The notes below the pieces were generated by a model that searched no databases, had not been told where the DNA came from, and saw only the letters and a program-made list of their open reading frames with translations. Positions 33,368-47,551 of a DNA stretch of 64,000 bases are shown here, piece after piece. How positions within the stretch are numbered: position 1 is the stretch's first letter; each line of letters begins with the position of its first letter. The translations under genes were made by a program, and so were the position numbers. The stretch is from assembly GCF_055900595.2 (NCBI RefSeq), contig NZ_CM148325.1. One strand, written 5' to 3'.

Positions 33368-33961
33368 TTACCCCTTCATCCACATTCGAATGCCGTCGAG
33401 GAACATCTGAGTTGCCATCATCACCAGAATCAATCCCATCAGGCGTTCCAGCGCGTTCACCCCTTTCTCTCCCAGCAGACGCAAGAACAGCGAAGACTGT
33501 AGCAGGATGACAAAGGTGCCGCCCCAGGCCAGCAGCAGGGCAATCACCAGATGCCCCATCTGATTCGGGTACTGATGAGACAACAACATCAGCGTGGCGA
33601 GAATAGTCGGCCCGGCGACTAACGGAATTGCCAACGGCACGATAAACGGCTCTTCACCTGCCGGAAGCCCACTGCTATTTCCTGAAGCACTGGGGAAAAT
33701 CATCTTAATGGCGATCAGAAACAGAATGATGCCGCCAGAAATGGAGACGGTTTCTGCCCGCAGGCTAAGAAATGCCAGAATTTTCTCACCCGCAAACAGG
33801 AACACCAGCATCACCAGGAGAGCAATAAGCAACTCTCGCACCATGATTGCCCGCCGTCTTTTCGGTTCAGTATGTTTCAGTACGGACATGAAAATAGGTA
33901 GGTTTCCGAGCGGATCCATAATCAGGATCAATAAAACTGCTGCAGAAATGATTTCATTCAT
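33368..33961 (-). CDS. yhgN: MarC-family membrane protein
   Basis: 197-aa polytopic membrane ORF, synteny. Confidence 0.9.
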   Translation of the reverse strand: MNEIISAAVLLILIMDPLGNLPIFMSVLKHTEPKRRRAIMVRELLIALLVMLVFLFAGEKILAFLSLRAETVSISGGIILFLIAIKMIFPSASGNSSGLPAGEEPFIVPLAIPLVAGPTILATLMLLSHQYPNQMGHLVIALLLAWGGTFVILLQSSLFLRLLGEKGVNALERLMGLILVMMATQMFLDGIRMWMKG

Positions 33962-34153
33962 AACTCAAATTCCCTGATAATTGCCGCGGACTTTCTGCGT
34001 GCTAACAAAGCAGGATAAGTCGCATTACTGATGGCTTCGCTATCATTGATTAATTTCACTTGCGACTTTGGCTGCTTTTTGTATGGTGAAAGATGTGCCA
34101 CGAGGAGACCGGCACATTTATACAGCACACATCTTTGCAGGAAAAAAACGCTT

Positions 34154-35257
34154 ATGAAAAATGTTGGTTTTATCGGCTGGCGCGGTATGGTCGGCTCCGT
34201 TCTCATGCAACGCATGGTTGAAGAGCGCGACTTCGACGCCATTCGCCCTGTCTTCTTTTCTACTTCTCAGCTTGGCCAGGCTGCGCCGTCTTTTGGCGGA
34301 ACCACTGGCACACTTCAGGATGCCTTTGATCTGGAGGCGCTAAAGGCCCTCGATATCATTGTGACCTGTCAGGGCGGCGATTATACCAACGAAATCTATC
34401 CAAAGCTTCGTGAAAGCGGATGGCAAGGTTACTGGATTGACGCAGCATCATCTCTGCGCATGAAAGATGACGCCATCATCATTCTTGACCCCGTCAATCA
34501 GGACGTCATTACCGACGGATTAAATAATGGCATCAGGACTTTTGTTGGCGGTAACTGTACCGTAAGCCTGATGTTGATGTCGTTGGGGGGTTTATTCGCC
34601 AATGATCTTGTTGATTGGGTGTCCGTTGCAACCTACCAGGCCGCTTCCGGCGGTGGTGCGCGACATATGCGTGAGTTATTAACCCAGATGGGCCATCTGT
34701 ATGGCCATGTGGCAGATGAACTCGCGACCCCGTCCTCTGCTATTCTCGATATCGAACGCAAAGTCACAACTTTAACCCGTAGCGGTGAGCTGCCGGTGGA
34801 TAACTTTGGCGTGCCGCTGGCGGGTAGCCTGATTCCGTGGATCGACAAACAGCTCGATAACGGTCAGAGCCGCGAAGAGTGGAAAGGGCAGGCGGAAACC
34901 AACAAGATCCTCAACACATCTTCCGTAATTCCGGTAGATGGTTTATGTGTGCGTGTCGGGGCATTGCGCTGCCACAGCCAGGCATTCACTATTAAATTGA
35001 AAAAAGATGTGTCTATTCCGACCGTGGAAGAACTACTGGCTGCGCACAATCCGTGGGCGAAAGTCGTTCCGAACGATCGGGAAATCACTATGCGTGAGCT
35101 AACCCCAGCTGCCGTTACCGGCACGCTGACCACGCCGGTAGGCCGTCTGCGTAAGCTGAATATGGGGCCGGAGTTCCTGTCAGCCTTTACCGTGGGCGAC
35201 CAGCTGCTGTGGGGGGCCGCGGAGCCGCTGCGTCGGATGCTTCGTCAACTGGCGTAA
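34154..35257 (+). CDS. asd: Aspartate-semialdehyde dehydrogenase
   Basis: Start at internal Met [16 protein letters not shown]; active-site region GGNCTVS. Confidence 0.96.
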
Positions 35258-35529
35258 TCTTTATTCATTAAATCTGGGGCGCGTTGCCGCCCCTGTTAGT
35301 GCGTAATACAGGAGTAAGCGCAGATGTTTCATGATTTACCGGGAGTTAAATAGAGCATTGGCTATTCTTTAAGGGTGGCGGAATACAAGAGTATTTACAG
35401 CCTTACCTGAAGTGAGGACGACGCAGAGAGGATGCACAGAGTGCTGCGCCGTTCAGGTCAAAAAAATGTCACAACCAGAAGTCAAAAATTCAGTTGGATG
35501 GGGTGACACAATAAAACAGGAAGACAAGC

Positions 35530-37716
35530 ATGTCCGATCGTATCGATAGAGACGTGATTAACGCGCTAATTGCAGGCCATTTTGCGGATCCTTTTTCTGT
35601 ACTGGGAATGCATAAAACCACCGCGGGACTGGAAGTCCGTGCCCTTTTACCCGACGCTACCGATGTGTGGGTGATTGAACCGAAAACCGGGCGCAAACTC
35701 GCAAAACTGGAGTGTCTCGACTCCCGTGGATTCTTTAGCGGTGTCATTCCGCGACGTAAGAATTTTTTCCGCTATCAGTTGGCTGTTGTCTGGCATGGTC
35801 AGCAAAACCTGATAGATGATCCTTACCGTTTTGGTCCGCTAATCCAGGAAATGGATGCCTGGCTATTATCTGAAGGTACGCATCTGCGCCCATATGAAAC
35901 CTTAGGCGCGCATGCAGATACTATGGATGGCGTCACGGGTACGCGTTTTTCTGTCTGGGCTCCAAACGCCCGCCGGGTCTCGGTAGTCGGTCAATTCAAC
36001 TACTGGGACGGTCGCCGTCACCCGATGCGCCTGCGTAAAGAGAGCGGCATCTGGGAACTGTTTATCCCTGGGGCGCACAACGGTCAGCTCTATAAATACG
36101 AGATGATTGATGCCAATGGCAACTTGCGTCTGAAGTCCGACCCTTATGCCTTCGAAGCGCAAATGCGCCCGGAAACCGCGTCTCTTATTTGCGGGCTGCC
36201 GGAAAAGGTTGTGCAGACTGAAGAGCGCAAAAAGGCGAATCAGTTTGATGCGCCAATCTCTATTTATGAAGTTCACCTGGGCTCCTGGCGTCGCCACACC
36301 GACAACAATTTCTGGTTGAGCTACCGCGAGCTGGCCGATCAACTGGTGCCTTATGCTAAATGGATGGGCTTTACCCACCTCGAACTGCTGCCCATTAACG
36401 AGCATCCGTTCGATGGCAGTTGGGGTTATCAGCCAACCGGCCTGTATGCACCGACCCGCCGTTTTGGTACCCGCGACGACTTCCGTTATTTCATTGATGC
36501 CGCACACGCAGCTGGTCTGAACGTGATTCTCGACTGGGTACCAGGCCACTTCCCGACCGATGACTTTGCGCTTGCCGAATTTGATGGCACGAACTTGTAT
36601 GAACACAGCGATCCGCGCGAAGGCTACCATCAGGACTGGAATACGCTGATCTACAACTATGGTCGCCGTGAAGTCAGTAACTTCCTTGTCGGTAATGCGC
36701 TTTACTGGATCGAACGTTTTGGTATTGATGCGCTGCGCGTCGATGCTGTGGCATCAATGATTTATCGCGACTACAGCCGCAAAGAGGGGGAGTGGATCCC
36801 GAACGAATTTGGCGGGCGCGAGAATCTTGAAGCGATTGAATTCTTGCGTAATACCAACCGTATTCTTGGTGAGCAGGTTTCCGGTGCGGTGACAATGGCG
36901 GAAGAGTCTACCGATTTCCCTGGCGTTTCTCGTCCGCAGGACATGGGGGGTCTGGGCTTCTGGTACAAGTGGAATCTCGGCTGGATGCATGACACCCTGG
37001 ACTATATGAAGCTCGACCCGATTTATCGTCAGTATCATCACGGTAAGCTCACCTTCGGGATGCTCTATAACTACACTGAAAACTTCGTCCTGCCGTTGTC
37101 GCATGATGAAGTGGTCCACGGTAAAAAATCGATTCTCGACCGGATGCCGGGCGACGCATGGCAGAAATTCGCTAACTTGCGCGCCTACTATGGCTGGATG
37201 TGGGCATTCCCGGGCAAGAAACTGCTGTTCATGGGGAACGAATTTGCCCAGGGCCGTGAGTGGAACCATGACGCCAGCCTCGACTGGCATCTGTTGGAAG
37301 GCGGCGATAACTGGCACCACGGTGTCCAGCGTCTGGTGCGCGATCTGAACCTCACCTACCGCCACCATAAAGCGATGCATGAACTGGATTTTGACCCGTA
37401 CGGTTTTGAATGGCTGGTGGTGGATGACAAAGAACGCTCGGTGCTGATCTTTGTGCGTCGCGATAAAGAGGGTAACGAAATCATCGTTGCCAGTAACTTT
37501 ACTCCAGTGCCGCGTCATGATTATCGCTTCGGCATTAACCAGCCGGGTAAATGGCGTGAGATCCTCAATACCGATTCCATGCACTATCACGGCAGTAATG
37601 CAGGCAATGGCGGCACGGTTCACAGCGATGAGATTGCCAGCCATGGTCGTCAGCATTCACTGAGCCTGACGCTACCACCGCTGGCCACTATCTGGCTGGT
37701 TCGGGAGGCAGAATGA
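35530..37716 (+). CDS. glgB: 1,4-alpha-glucan branching enzyme
   Basis: 728 aa, GH13 catalytic motifs. Confidence 0.97.
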   Translation: MSDRIDRDVINALIAGHFADPFSVLGMHKTTAGLEVRALLPDATDVWVIEPKTGRKLAKLECLDSRGFFSGVIPRRKNFFRYQLAVVWHGQQNLIDDPYRFGPLIQEMDAWLLSEGTHLRPYETLGAHADTMDGVTGTRFSVWAPNARRVSVVGQFNYWDGRRHPMRLRKESGIWELFIPGAHNGQLYKYEMIDANGNLRLKSDPYAFEAQMRPETASLICGLPEKVVQTEERKKANQFDAPISIYEVHLGSWRRHTDNNFWLSYRELADQLVPYAKWMGFTHLELLPINEHPFDGSWGYQPTGLYAPTRRFGTRDDFRYFIDAAHAAGLNVILDWVPGHFPTDDFALAEFDGTNLYEHSDPREGYHQDWNTLIYNYGRREVSNFLVGNALYWIERFGIDALRVDAVASMIYRDYSRKEGEWIPNEFGGRENLEAIEFLRNTNRILGEQVSGAVTMAEESTDFPGVSRPQDMGGLGFWYKWNLGWMHDTLDYMKLDPIYRQYHHGKLTFGMLYNYTENFVLPLSHDEVVHGKKSILDRMPGDAWQKFANLRAYYGWMWAFPGKKLLFMGNEFAQGREWNHDASLDWHLLEGGDNWHHGVQRLVRDLNLTYRHHKAMHELDFDPYGFEWLVVDDKERSVLIFVRRDKEGNEIIVASNFTPVPRHDYRFGINQPGKWREILNTDSMHYHGSNAGNGGTVHSDEIASHGRQHSLSLTLPPLATIWLVREAE

Positions 37717-39686
37717 CACAACTCGCCATTGGCAAACCCGCACCCCTCGGCGCGCATTACGACGGTCAGGGCGTCAACTTCACACTTTTCTCCGCTCATG
37801 CCGAGCGGGTAGAACTGTGTATCTTTGACGCCAATGGCCAGGAACATCGCTATGACTTGCCAGGGCACAGTGGCGACATTTGGCACGGTTATCTGCCGGA
37901 TGCGCGCCCGGGTTTGCGTTATGGTTATCGCGTTCATGGCCCCTGGCGACCCGCCGAGGGACATCGCTTTAACCCAGCGAAGTTGTTGATTGATCCTTGC
38001 GCGCGGCAAATTGACGGGGAGTTTAAAGATAACCCGCTGCTGCACGCAGGTCATAATGAACCTGACTATCGCGACAACGCCGCCATTGCGCCGAAATGTG
38101 TAGTGGTGGTTGATCACTATGACTGGGAGGATGATGCCCCGCCGCGCACGCCGTGGGGCAGCACTATCATTTATGAAGCCCATGTCAAAGGATTAACGTA
38201 TCTGCACCCGGAGATCCCCGTCGATATCCGCGGCACTTATAAAGCCCTGGGGCATCCGGTGATGATCAACTATTTGAAACAGTTGGGCATTACTGCGCTG
38301 GAGTTGCTGCCGGTGGCACAATTTGCCAGCGAACCACGCCTGCAACGTATGGGGTTAAGTAACTACTGGGGCTATAACCCGGTAGCGATGTTTGCGCTGC
38401 ATCCGGCGTATGCCTGCTCGCCAGAAACGGCGCTGAATGAGTTTCGCGATGCAATCAAAGCACTGCATAAAGCGGGTATCGAAGTCATTCTTGATATCGT
38501 GCTTAACCATAGTGCGGAACTGGACCTCGACGGTCCGTTATTCTCTCTGCGTGGGATCGACAACCGTAGCTATTATTGGATAAGAGAAGACGGTGATTAT
38601 CACAATTGGACAGGCTGTGGCAACACGCTCAATTTGAGTCATCCGGCGGTGGTGGATTATGCCAGCGCCTGCCTGCGTTATTGGGTAGAAACCTGCCACG
38701 TCGATGGTTTCCGTTTTGATCTGGCGGCAGTCATGGGCCGTACGCCTGAGTTCCGTCAGGATGCGCCGTTGTTTACCGCAATTCAGAACTGCCCGGTGCT
38801 CTCGCAGGTGAAGTTAATTGCCGAACCGTGGGATATTGCGCCTGGTGGTTATCAGGTGGGAAATTTCCCGCCATTGTTTGCTGAGTGGAACGATCATTTC
38901 CGTGATGCTGCCCGTCGTTTCTGGCTGCATTATGATTTGCCTCTGGGGGCGTTTGCCGGGCGTTTTGCTGCCTCCAGCGATGTTTTTAAACGTAATGGTC
39001 GTCTGCCGAGTGCCGCGATTAATCTCGTCACCGCGCATGACGGTTTTACGCTTCGCGACTGCGTTTGCTTCAACCATAAACACAATGAAGCAAACGGAGA
39101 AGAAAATCGCGACGGGACCAACAACAATCACAGTAACAATCATGGTAAAGAAGGATTAGGCGGTACTCTTGACCTGGTTGAACGGCGGCGCGACAGCATT
39201 CACGCCCTGTTAACAACGTTGTTGCTCTCCCAGGGTACGCCGATGTTACTGGCCGGTGACGAACATGGTCATAGCCAGCATGGCAATAACAATGCCTACT
39301 GTCAGGATAATCAATTAACCTGGTTGGACTGGTCGCAGGCAAGCAGTGGTTTAACCGCATTTACCGCCGCGTTAATCCATCTGCGCAAGCGCATTCCCGC
39401 TTTGGTGGAGAATCGCTGGTGGGAAGAAGGCGACGGCAATGTCCGTTGGCTAAATCGATATGCTCAACCTTTAAGCACGGATGAGTGGCAAAACGGGCCG
39501 AAACAGCTGCAAATTCTGCTCTCGGATCGCTTTTTGATCGCAATTAACGCCACGCTTGAGGTAACAGAGATTGTTTTACCTGCTGGGGAGTGGCACGCCA
39601 TTCCCCCATTCGCTGGAGAGGATAACCCAGTGATTACGGCTGTCTGGCAGGGACCTGCACACGGATTGTGTGTGTTCCAGAGATGA
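37713..39686 (+). CDS. glgX: Glycogen debranching enzyme
   Basis: 657 aa; overlaps glgB by 4 nt. Confidence 0.97.
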
Positions 39687-39703
39687 TAAAAAAGGAGTTA
39701 GTC

Positions 39704-40999
39704 ATGGTTAGTTTAGAGAAGAACGATCACTTAATGTTGGCGCGCCAGCTGCCATTGAAATCTGTTGCCCTGATACTGGCGGGAGGACGTGGTACCCGCC
39801 TGAAGGATTTAACCAATAAGCGAGCAAAACCGGCCGTACACTTCGGCGGTAAGTTCCGCATTATCGACTTTGCACTGTCTAACTGCATCAACTCCGGGAT
39901 CCGTCGTATGGGCGTGATCACCCAGTACCAGTCCCATACTCTGGTGCAGCACATTCAGCGCGGCTGGTCATTCTTCAATGAAGAAATGAACGAGTTTGTC
40001 GATCTGTTGCCAGCGCAGCAGAGAATGAAAGGGGAAAACTGGTATCGCGGCACCGCAGATGCGGTCACGCAAAACCTCGACATTATTCGCCGTTACAAAG
40101 CGGAATATGTGGTGATCCTGGCGGGCGACCATATCTACAAGCAAGACTACTCGCGTATGCTTATCGACCACGTCGAAAAAGGCGCACGTTGCACCGTCGC
40201 TTGTATGCCTGTACCGATTGAAGAAGCCTCCGCATTTGGCGTTATGGCGGTTGATGAGAACGATAAAATTATCGAATTCGTTGAAAAACCCGCTAACCCG
40301 CCGTCAATGCCGAACGATCCGAGCAAATCTCTGGCGAGCATGGGTATCTACGTCTTTGACGCCGACTATCTGTATGAACTGCTGGAAGAAGACGATCGCG
40401 ATGAGAACTCCAGCCACGACTTTGGTAAAGATTTGATTCCCAAAATCACCGAAGCCGGTCTGGCCTATGCGCACCCGTTCCCGCTCTCTTGCGTACAATC
40501 CGACCCGGATGCCGAGCCGTACTGGCGCGATGTGGGTACGCTTGAAGCTTACTGGAAAGCGAACCTCGATCTGGCATCAGTGGTGCCGGAACTGGATATG
40601 TACGATCGCAATTGGCCAATTCGCACCTACAATGAATCATTACCGCCAGCGAAATTCGTGCAAGATCGCTCCGGTAGCCACGGGATGACCCTTAACTCAC
40701 TGGTTTCCGGCGGTTGTGTGATCTCCGGTTCGGTGGTGGTGCAGTCCGTTCTGTTCTCGCGCGTTCGCGTGAATTCATTCTGCAACATTGATTCCGCCGT
40801 ATTGTTACCGGAAGTATGGGTAGGTCGCTCGTGCCGTCTGCGCCGCTGCGTCATTGATCGTGCTTGTGTTATTCCGGAAGGCATGGTGATTGGTGAAAAC
40901 GCAGAGGAAGATGCACGTCGTTTCTATCGTTCAGAAGAAGGCATCGTGCTGGTAACGCGCGAAATGCTACGGAAGTTAGGGCATAAACAGGAGCGATAA
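39704..40999 (+). CDS. glgC: Glucose-1-phosphate adenylyltransferase
   Basis: Start at internal Met [16 protein letters not shown]; GGRGTRL motif. Confidence 0.96.
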
Positions 41000-42432
41000 T
41001 GCAGGTTTTACATGTATGTTCAGAGATGTTCCCGCTGCTTAAAACCGGCGGTCTGGCTGATGTTATTGGGGCATTACCCGCAGCACAAATCGCAGACGGC
41101 GTTGACGCTCGCGTACTGTTGCCTGCATTTCCCGATATTCGCCGTGGCGTAACCGATGCGCAGGTGGTATCTCGCCGTGATACCTTCGCAGGGCATATCA
41201 CGCTGTTGTTCGGCCATTACAACGGGGTTGGCATTTACCTGATTGACGCGCCGCATCTCTATGATCGTCCGGGAAGCCCGTATCACGATACCAACTTATT
41301 TGCCTACACTGACAACGTATTGCGTTTTGCGCTGTTGGGGTGGGTTGGGGCAGAAATGGCCAGCGGGCTTGACCCATTCTGGCGCCCTGATGTGGTGCAT
41401 GCGCACGACTGGCATGCGGGCCTTGCGCCTGCGTATCTGGCGGCGCGCGGGCGTCCGGCGAAGTCGGTGTTTACTGTGCACAACCTGGCCTATCAAGGCA
41501 TGTTTTATGCACATCACATGAATGACATCCAATTGCCATGGTCATTCTTTAATATTCATGGGCTGGAATTCAACGGACAAATCTCTTTCCTGAAGGCTGG
41601 TCTGTACTATGCCGATCATATTACGGCGGTCAGCCCGACCTACGCTCGCGAGATCACCGAACCGCAGTTTGCCTACGGTATGGAAGGTCTGTTGCAACAG
41701 CGTCACCGTGAAGGGCGTCTTTCCGGCGTACTAAACGGCGTGGATGAAAAAATCTGGAGTCCAGAGACGGACTTACTGTTGGCCTCGCGTTACACCCGCG
41801 ATACGTTGGAAGATAAAGCGGAGAATAAGCGCCAGTTACAAATCGCAATGGGGCTTAAGGTTGACGATAAAGTGCCGCTTTTTGCAGTGGTGAGCCGTCT
41901 GACCAGCCAGAAAGGTCTCGACCTGGTGCTGGAAGCCTTACCAGGCCTTCTGGAGCAGGGCGGACAGCTGGCGCTACTCGGCGCGGGTGATCCGGTGTTG
42001 CAGGAAGGTTTCCTTGCCGCGGCCGCGGAATATCCCGGACAAGTGGGCGTTCAGATTGGCTATCACGAAGCATTTTCGCATCGCATTATGGGCGGCGCGG
42101 ACGTCATTCTGGTGCCCAGCCGTTTTGAACCGTGCGGCTTAACGCAACTTTATGGATTGAAGTACGGTACGCTGCCGTTAGTGCGGCGCACCGGTGGGCT
42201 TGCTGATACGGTTTCTGACTGTTCTCTTGAGAACCTTGCAGATGGCGTCGCCAGTGGGTTTGTCTTTGAAGATAGTAATGCCTGGTCGCTGTTACGGGCT
42301 ATTCGACGTGCTTTTGTACTGTGGTCCCGTCCTTCACTGTGGCGGTTTGTGCAACGTCAGGCTATGGCAATGGATTTTAGCTGGCAGGTCGCGGCGAAGT
42401 CGTACCGTGAGCTTTACTATCGCTTGAAATAG
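40999..42432 (+). CDS. glgA: Glycogen synthase
   Basis: 477 aa; KTGGL motif; 1-nt overlap with glgC (TAATG). Confidence 0.97.
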
Positions 42433-44898
<2,466 letters not shown>

Positions 44899-44914
44899 GT
44901 TCACTAAAAAATAG

Positions 44915-44944
44915 AACGGGGCCAAATCGGTCCCGTTTTTTTTT
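44915..44944 (+). terminator. glgP intrinsic terminator
   Basis: CGGGGCC-aaat-GGTCCCG hairpin followed by T9. Confidence 0.85.
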
Positions 44945-44992
44945 GCCTTTATTTCGGAGAAGTGTCCAGAGGGGCAAGGGGACTCGGGGGAG

Positions 44993-44998
44993 TATAAT
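44993..44998 (+). promoter_or_regulatory. Candidate -10 hexamer (TATAAT) for the accessory operon; no good -35
   Basis: Exact TATAAT 18 bp upstream of the first ATG of the 505-aa ORF. Confidence 0.3.
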
Positions 44999-45015
44999 TT
45001 CGCCATTCAGAAAGA

Positions 45016-46533
45016 ATGGAAAGAATAATGCAAAACAGAAAATGGATTTTGACCTCGCTGATAATGACTTTTTTCGGCATCCCCATACTGACGCAATTTT
45101 TGGCAGCGGTTATTGCCATGCTGGGGGCCGGGCTTGCCGCTATTCTTGAGGTTTGCAATTTTCTCTTTACGCCAACAATTTATCTTCTACTCAACGTCTT
45201 TATGCTGACGCTGGGGGCGATAATTCTATTTTTCTCTGGTCGCGTGTGGGCCGGTGATAGCGCACCAGAAAACAGAGAAATAGCCGTCTGGCGGCAATGC
45301 TTTTTTCTTTTACCTGCACTGTTAACTCTGGTTGGCTGGATAATCACGCTACATCTGGCAGATTATCAATTTCGCCAAATGGGAGCAGGTTGGTTGGCAG
45401 AGCTTATGCTCCCCTGGCTGGGAGTTTTGTTAGTCTCATTAGTCGGAGGTGAGTTCTGGTGGATAGTCATTATACCCGTTGGTGCGCATATTAGTTTTTC
45501 GCTGGGGTATGGCTGGCCGACCAGATATCCTTTAACCGGCACGTACGGGTTACGTTGCCGTAATTCCCTCCTGTTTATCCTTCTTATGCTTGGTTTTATC
45601 GCTGGTTATCAGGCTTATTTATATAAACAGCTTAATCCCGGCGTCGGTGTGCGTGAAAATATTGATACCTGGGCCTGGCGACCCGATAAACTCAATAATC
45701 AACTGACGCCACTGCGTGGTAAACCGCAAATTCAGTTTACACAAAACTGGCTGCGACTCGATGGTGCTACGGCGGCGTACCCAATTTATGCTTCTGCCTT
45801 TTATGCGTTGAGCGTTATACCGGAAGATTTCCACACCTGGGAATATCTGGAGAACTCTCGTACCCCCGATGCATATAACAGGATTGTTAAAGGTGATGCC
45901 GATATTATTTTTGTGGCGCAACCTTCCGGTGGGCAGAAAAAACGCGCAGAGGAATCGGGCGTCACTTTGAACTACACTCCTTTCGCCCGTGAAGCATTCG
46001 TTTTCATCGTCAATGCGGATAACCCGGTTAATTCCCTGACTGACCAACAGGTGCGTGACATCTTCAGTGGCGCAATTACCAACTGGCGTACTGTTGGCGG
46101 TAACGATCAGGAGATCCAGACCTGGCAACGCCCGGAAGACTCTGGCAGCCAGACAGTGATGCAATCGCAGGTCATGAAAAATGTCCGCATGATCTCGCCG
46201 CAGGAAACCGAAGTGGCAAGCATGATGGAGGGAATGATTAAAGTTGTTGCCGAATACCGTAATACAAACAACTCAATAGGCTACACCTTCCGCTATTACG
46301 CAACACAAATGAACGCTGACAAGAATATCAAATTAGTAGCGATTAACGGTATTGCACCGACTGCGGAAAATATTCGTAACGGCAAATATCCGTATATCGT
46401 CGATGCCTTTATGGTAACGCGGGAAAATACTACGTCAGAAACACAAAAACTGGTCGAATGGTTTTTAACGCCGCAGGGGCAGAGTCTGGTGGAAGATGTG
46501 GGTTATGTACCGTTGCATACAACAATGAAATAA
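45016..46533 (+). CDS. Hypothetical fusion protein: N-terminal polytopic membrane domain (about 215 aa) plus C-terminal substrate-binding-like domain (PstS-like)
   Basis: 505-aa ORF (alternative start at Met5, 45028, with better SD); 6 or more hydrophobic helices; C-terminal domain about 60% identical to the next ORF (IIFVAQPSGGQKKRAEE..., WQRPEDSGSQTVM). Confidence 0.8.
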   Translation: MERIMQNRKWILTSLIMTFFGIPILTQFLAAVIAMLGAGLAAILEVCNFLFTPTIYLLLNVFMLTLGAIILFFSGRVWAGDSAPENREIAVWRQCFFLLPALLTLVGWIITLHLADYQFRQMGAGWLAELMLPWLGVLLVSLVGGEFWWIVIIPVGAHISFSLGYGWPTRYPLTGTYGLRCRNSLLFILLMLGFIAGYQAYLYKQLNPGVGVRENIDTWAWRPDKLNNQLTPLRGKPQIQFTQNWLRLDGATAAYPIYASAFYALSVIPEDFHTWEYLENSRTPDAYNRIVKGDADIIFVAQPSGGQKKRAEESGVTLNYTPFAREAFVFIVNADNPVNSLTDQQVRDIFSGAITNWRTVGGNDQEIQTWQRPEDSGSQTVMQSQVMKNVRMISPQETEVASMMEGMIKVVAEYRNTNNSIGYTFRYYATQMNADKNIKLVAINGIAPTAENIRNGKYPYIVDAFMVTRENTTSETQKLVEWFLTPQGQSLVEDVGYVPLHTTMK

Positions 46534-46558
46534 CTTTTGAGAGAACGGAATCAGCGCG

Positions 46559-47551
46559 ATGAATAAATTCATAGGCGTTTTACTGCTAGGTGCGGTTTTA
46601 CTGGCGGGATGTGTCGACCGGGAAGGGTACTATAACAGCGTCAGGGAAGAAGAGAGTCATGGACTGACGTCTCTGCGGGGGCAACCTGAATTACGTTACA
46701 ACGATGATTGGTCAAGATGGCCGAGAGTGTACGGCGCTACAGCCTTATACCCGCTGTATGCCTCCGCGTATTATGAATTAGTACCCGAGCCAAAAGATAA
46801 GGATCGAACCTCGCTGGCCTGGCAGGCGTATGGTTTGCAACAAACCCGAACAGCTGAAGCCTACGATAGTCTGATCAAGGGTACCGCGACGGTTATTTTT
46901 GTTGCACAACCGTCGGAAGGACAGAAAAAACGTGCAGAAGAAGCAGGCGTTAAACTGAAATATACCGCGTTTGCCCGCGAAGCCTTTGTCTTTATCGTTG
47001 ATATCAAAAACCCGGTTAATTCACTTAGCGAACAGCAGGTCAAAGACATTTTTAGCGGTAAAGTGAGTCGCTGGAATAAAGTGGGCGGCGGTGACGAAAG
47101 TATAAAAGTCTGGCAGCGGCCAGAAGATTCTGGAAGCCAAACGGTTATGAAGGGACTGGTTATGCAAGATACTCCAATGCTGCCAGCCAAAAAATCCACT
47201 GTTATCGATCTTATGGGCGGTTTAATTACCGAAGTCGCCGACTACAAAAATACACCATCTTCTATTGGATACACTTTCCACTATTACGTCACACGTATGA
47301 ATGACAATATGCTCAAAATGCGCAAACAGATCAAACTGCTGGCTATAAATGGCGTTGCACCTACAGAGGAAAATATCCGTAACGGCACTTATCCGTACAT
47401 GATTGATGCTTATATGGTGACGCACGAAACCCCTACGCTGGAAACGCAGAAATTCGTCGACTGGTTTTTAAGCCCGCAGGGACAGCAATTGGTAGAGGAT
47501 GTGGGGTATGTGCCGATTCATGACGCATCATACGAATCATCAGTGCAATAA
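46559..47551 (+). CDS. Hypothetical lipoprotein with substrate-binding-like domain (paralogue of the preceding C-terminal domain)
   Basis: 330 aa; signal peptide with lipobox LLAGC (Cys18); VIFVAQPSEGQKKRAEE and WQRPEDSGSQTVM motifs shared with the 505-aa ORF. Confidence 0.85.
   Translation: MNKFIGVLLLGAVLLAGCVDREGYYNSVREEESHGLTSLRGQPELRYNDDWSRWPRVYGATALYPLYASAYYELVPEPKDKDRTSLAWQAYGLQQTRTAEAYDSLIKGTATVIFVAQPSEGQKKRAEEAGVKLKYTAFAREAFVFIVDIKNPVNSLSEQQVKDIFSGKVSRWNKVGGGDESIKVWQRPEDSGSQTVMKGLVMQDTPMLPAKKSTVIDLMGGLITEVADYKNTPSSIGYTFHYYVTRMNDNMLKMRKQIKLLAINGVAPTEENIRNGTYPYMIDAYMVTHETPTLETQKFVDWFLSPQGQQLVEDVGYVPIHDASYESSVQ

Noticed and set aside
36754-37656. 300-aa minus-strand ORF inside glgB (also 35902-36630, 242 aa)
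   Set aside because: Antisense to a well-conserved enzyme gene; shadow ORF.
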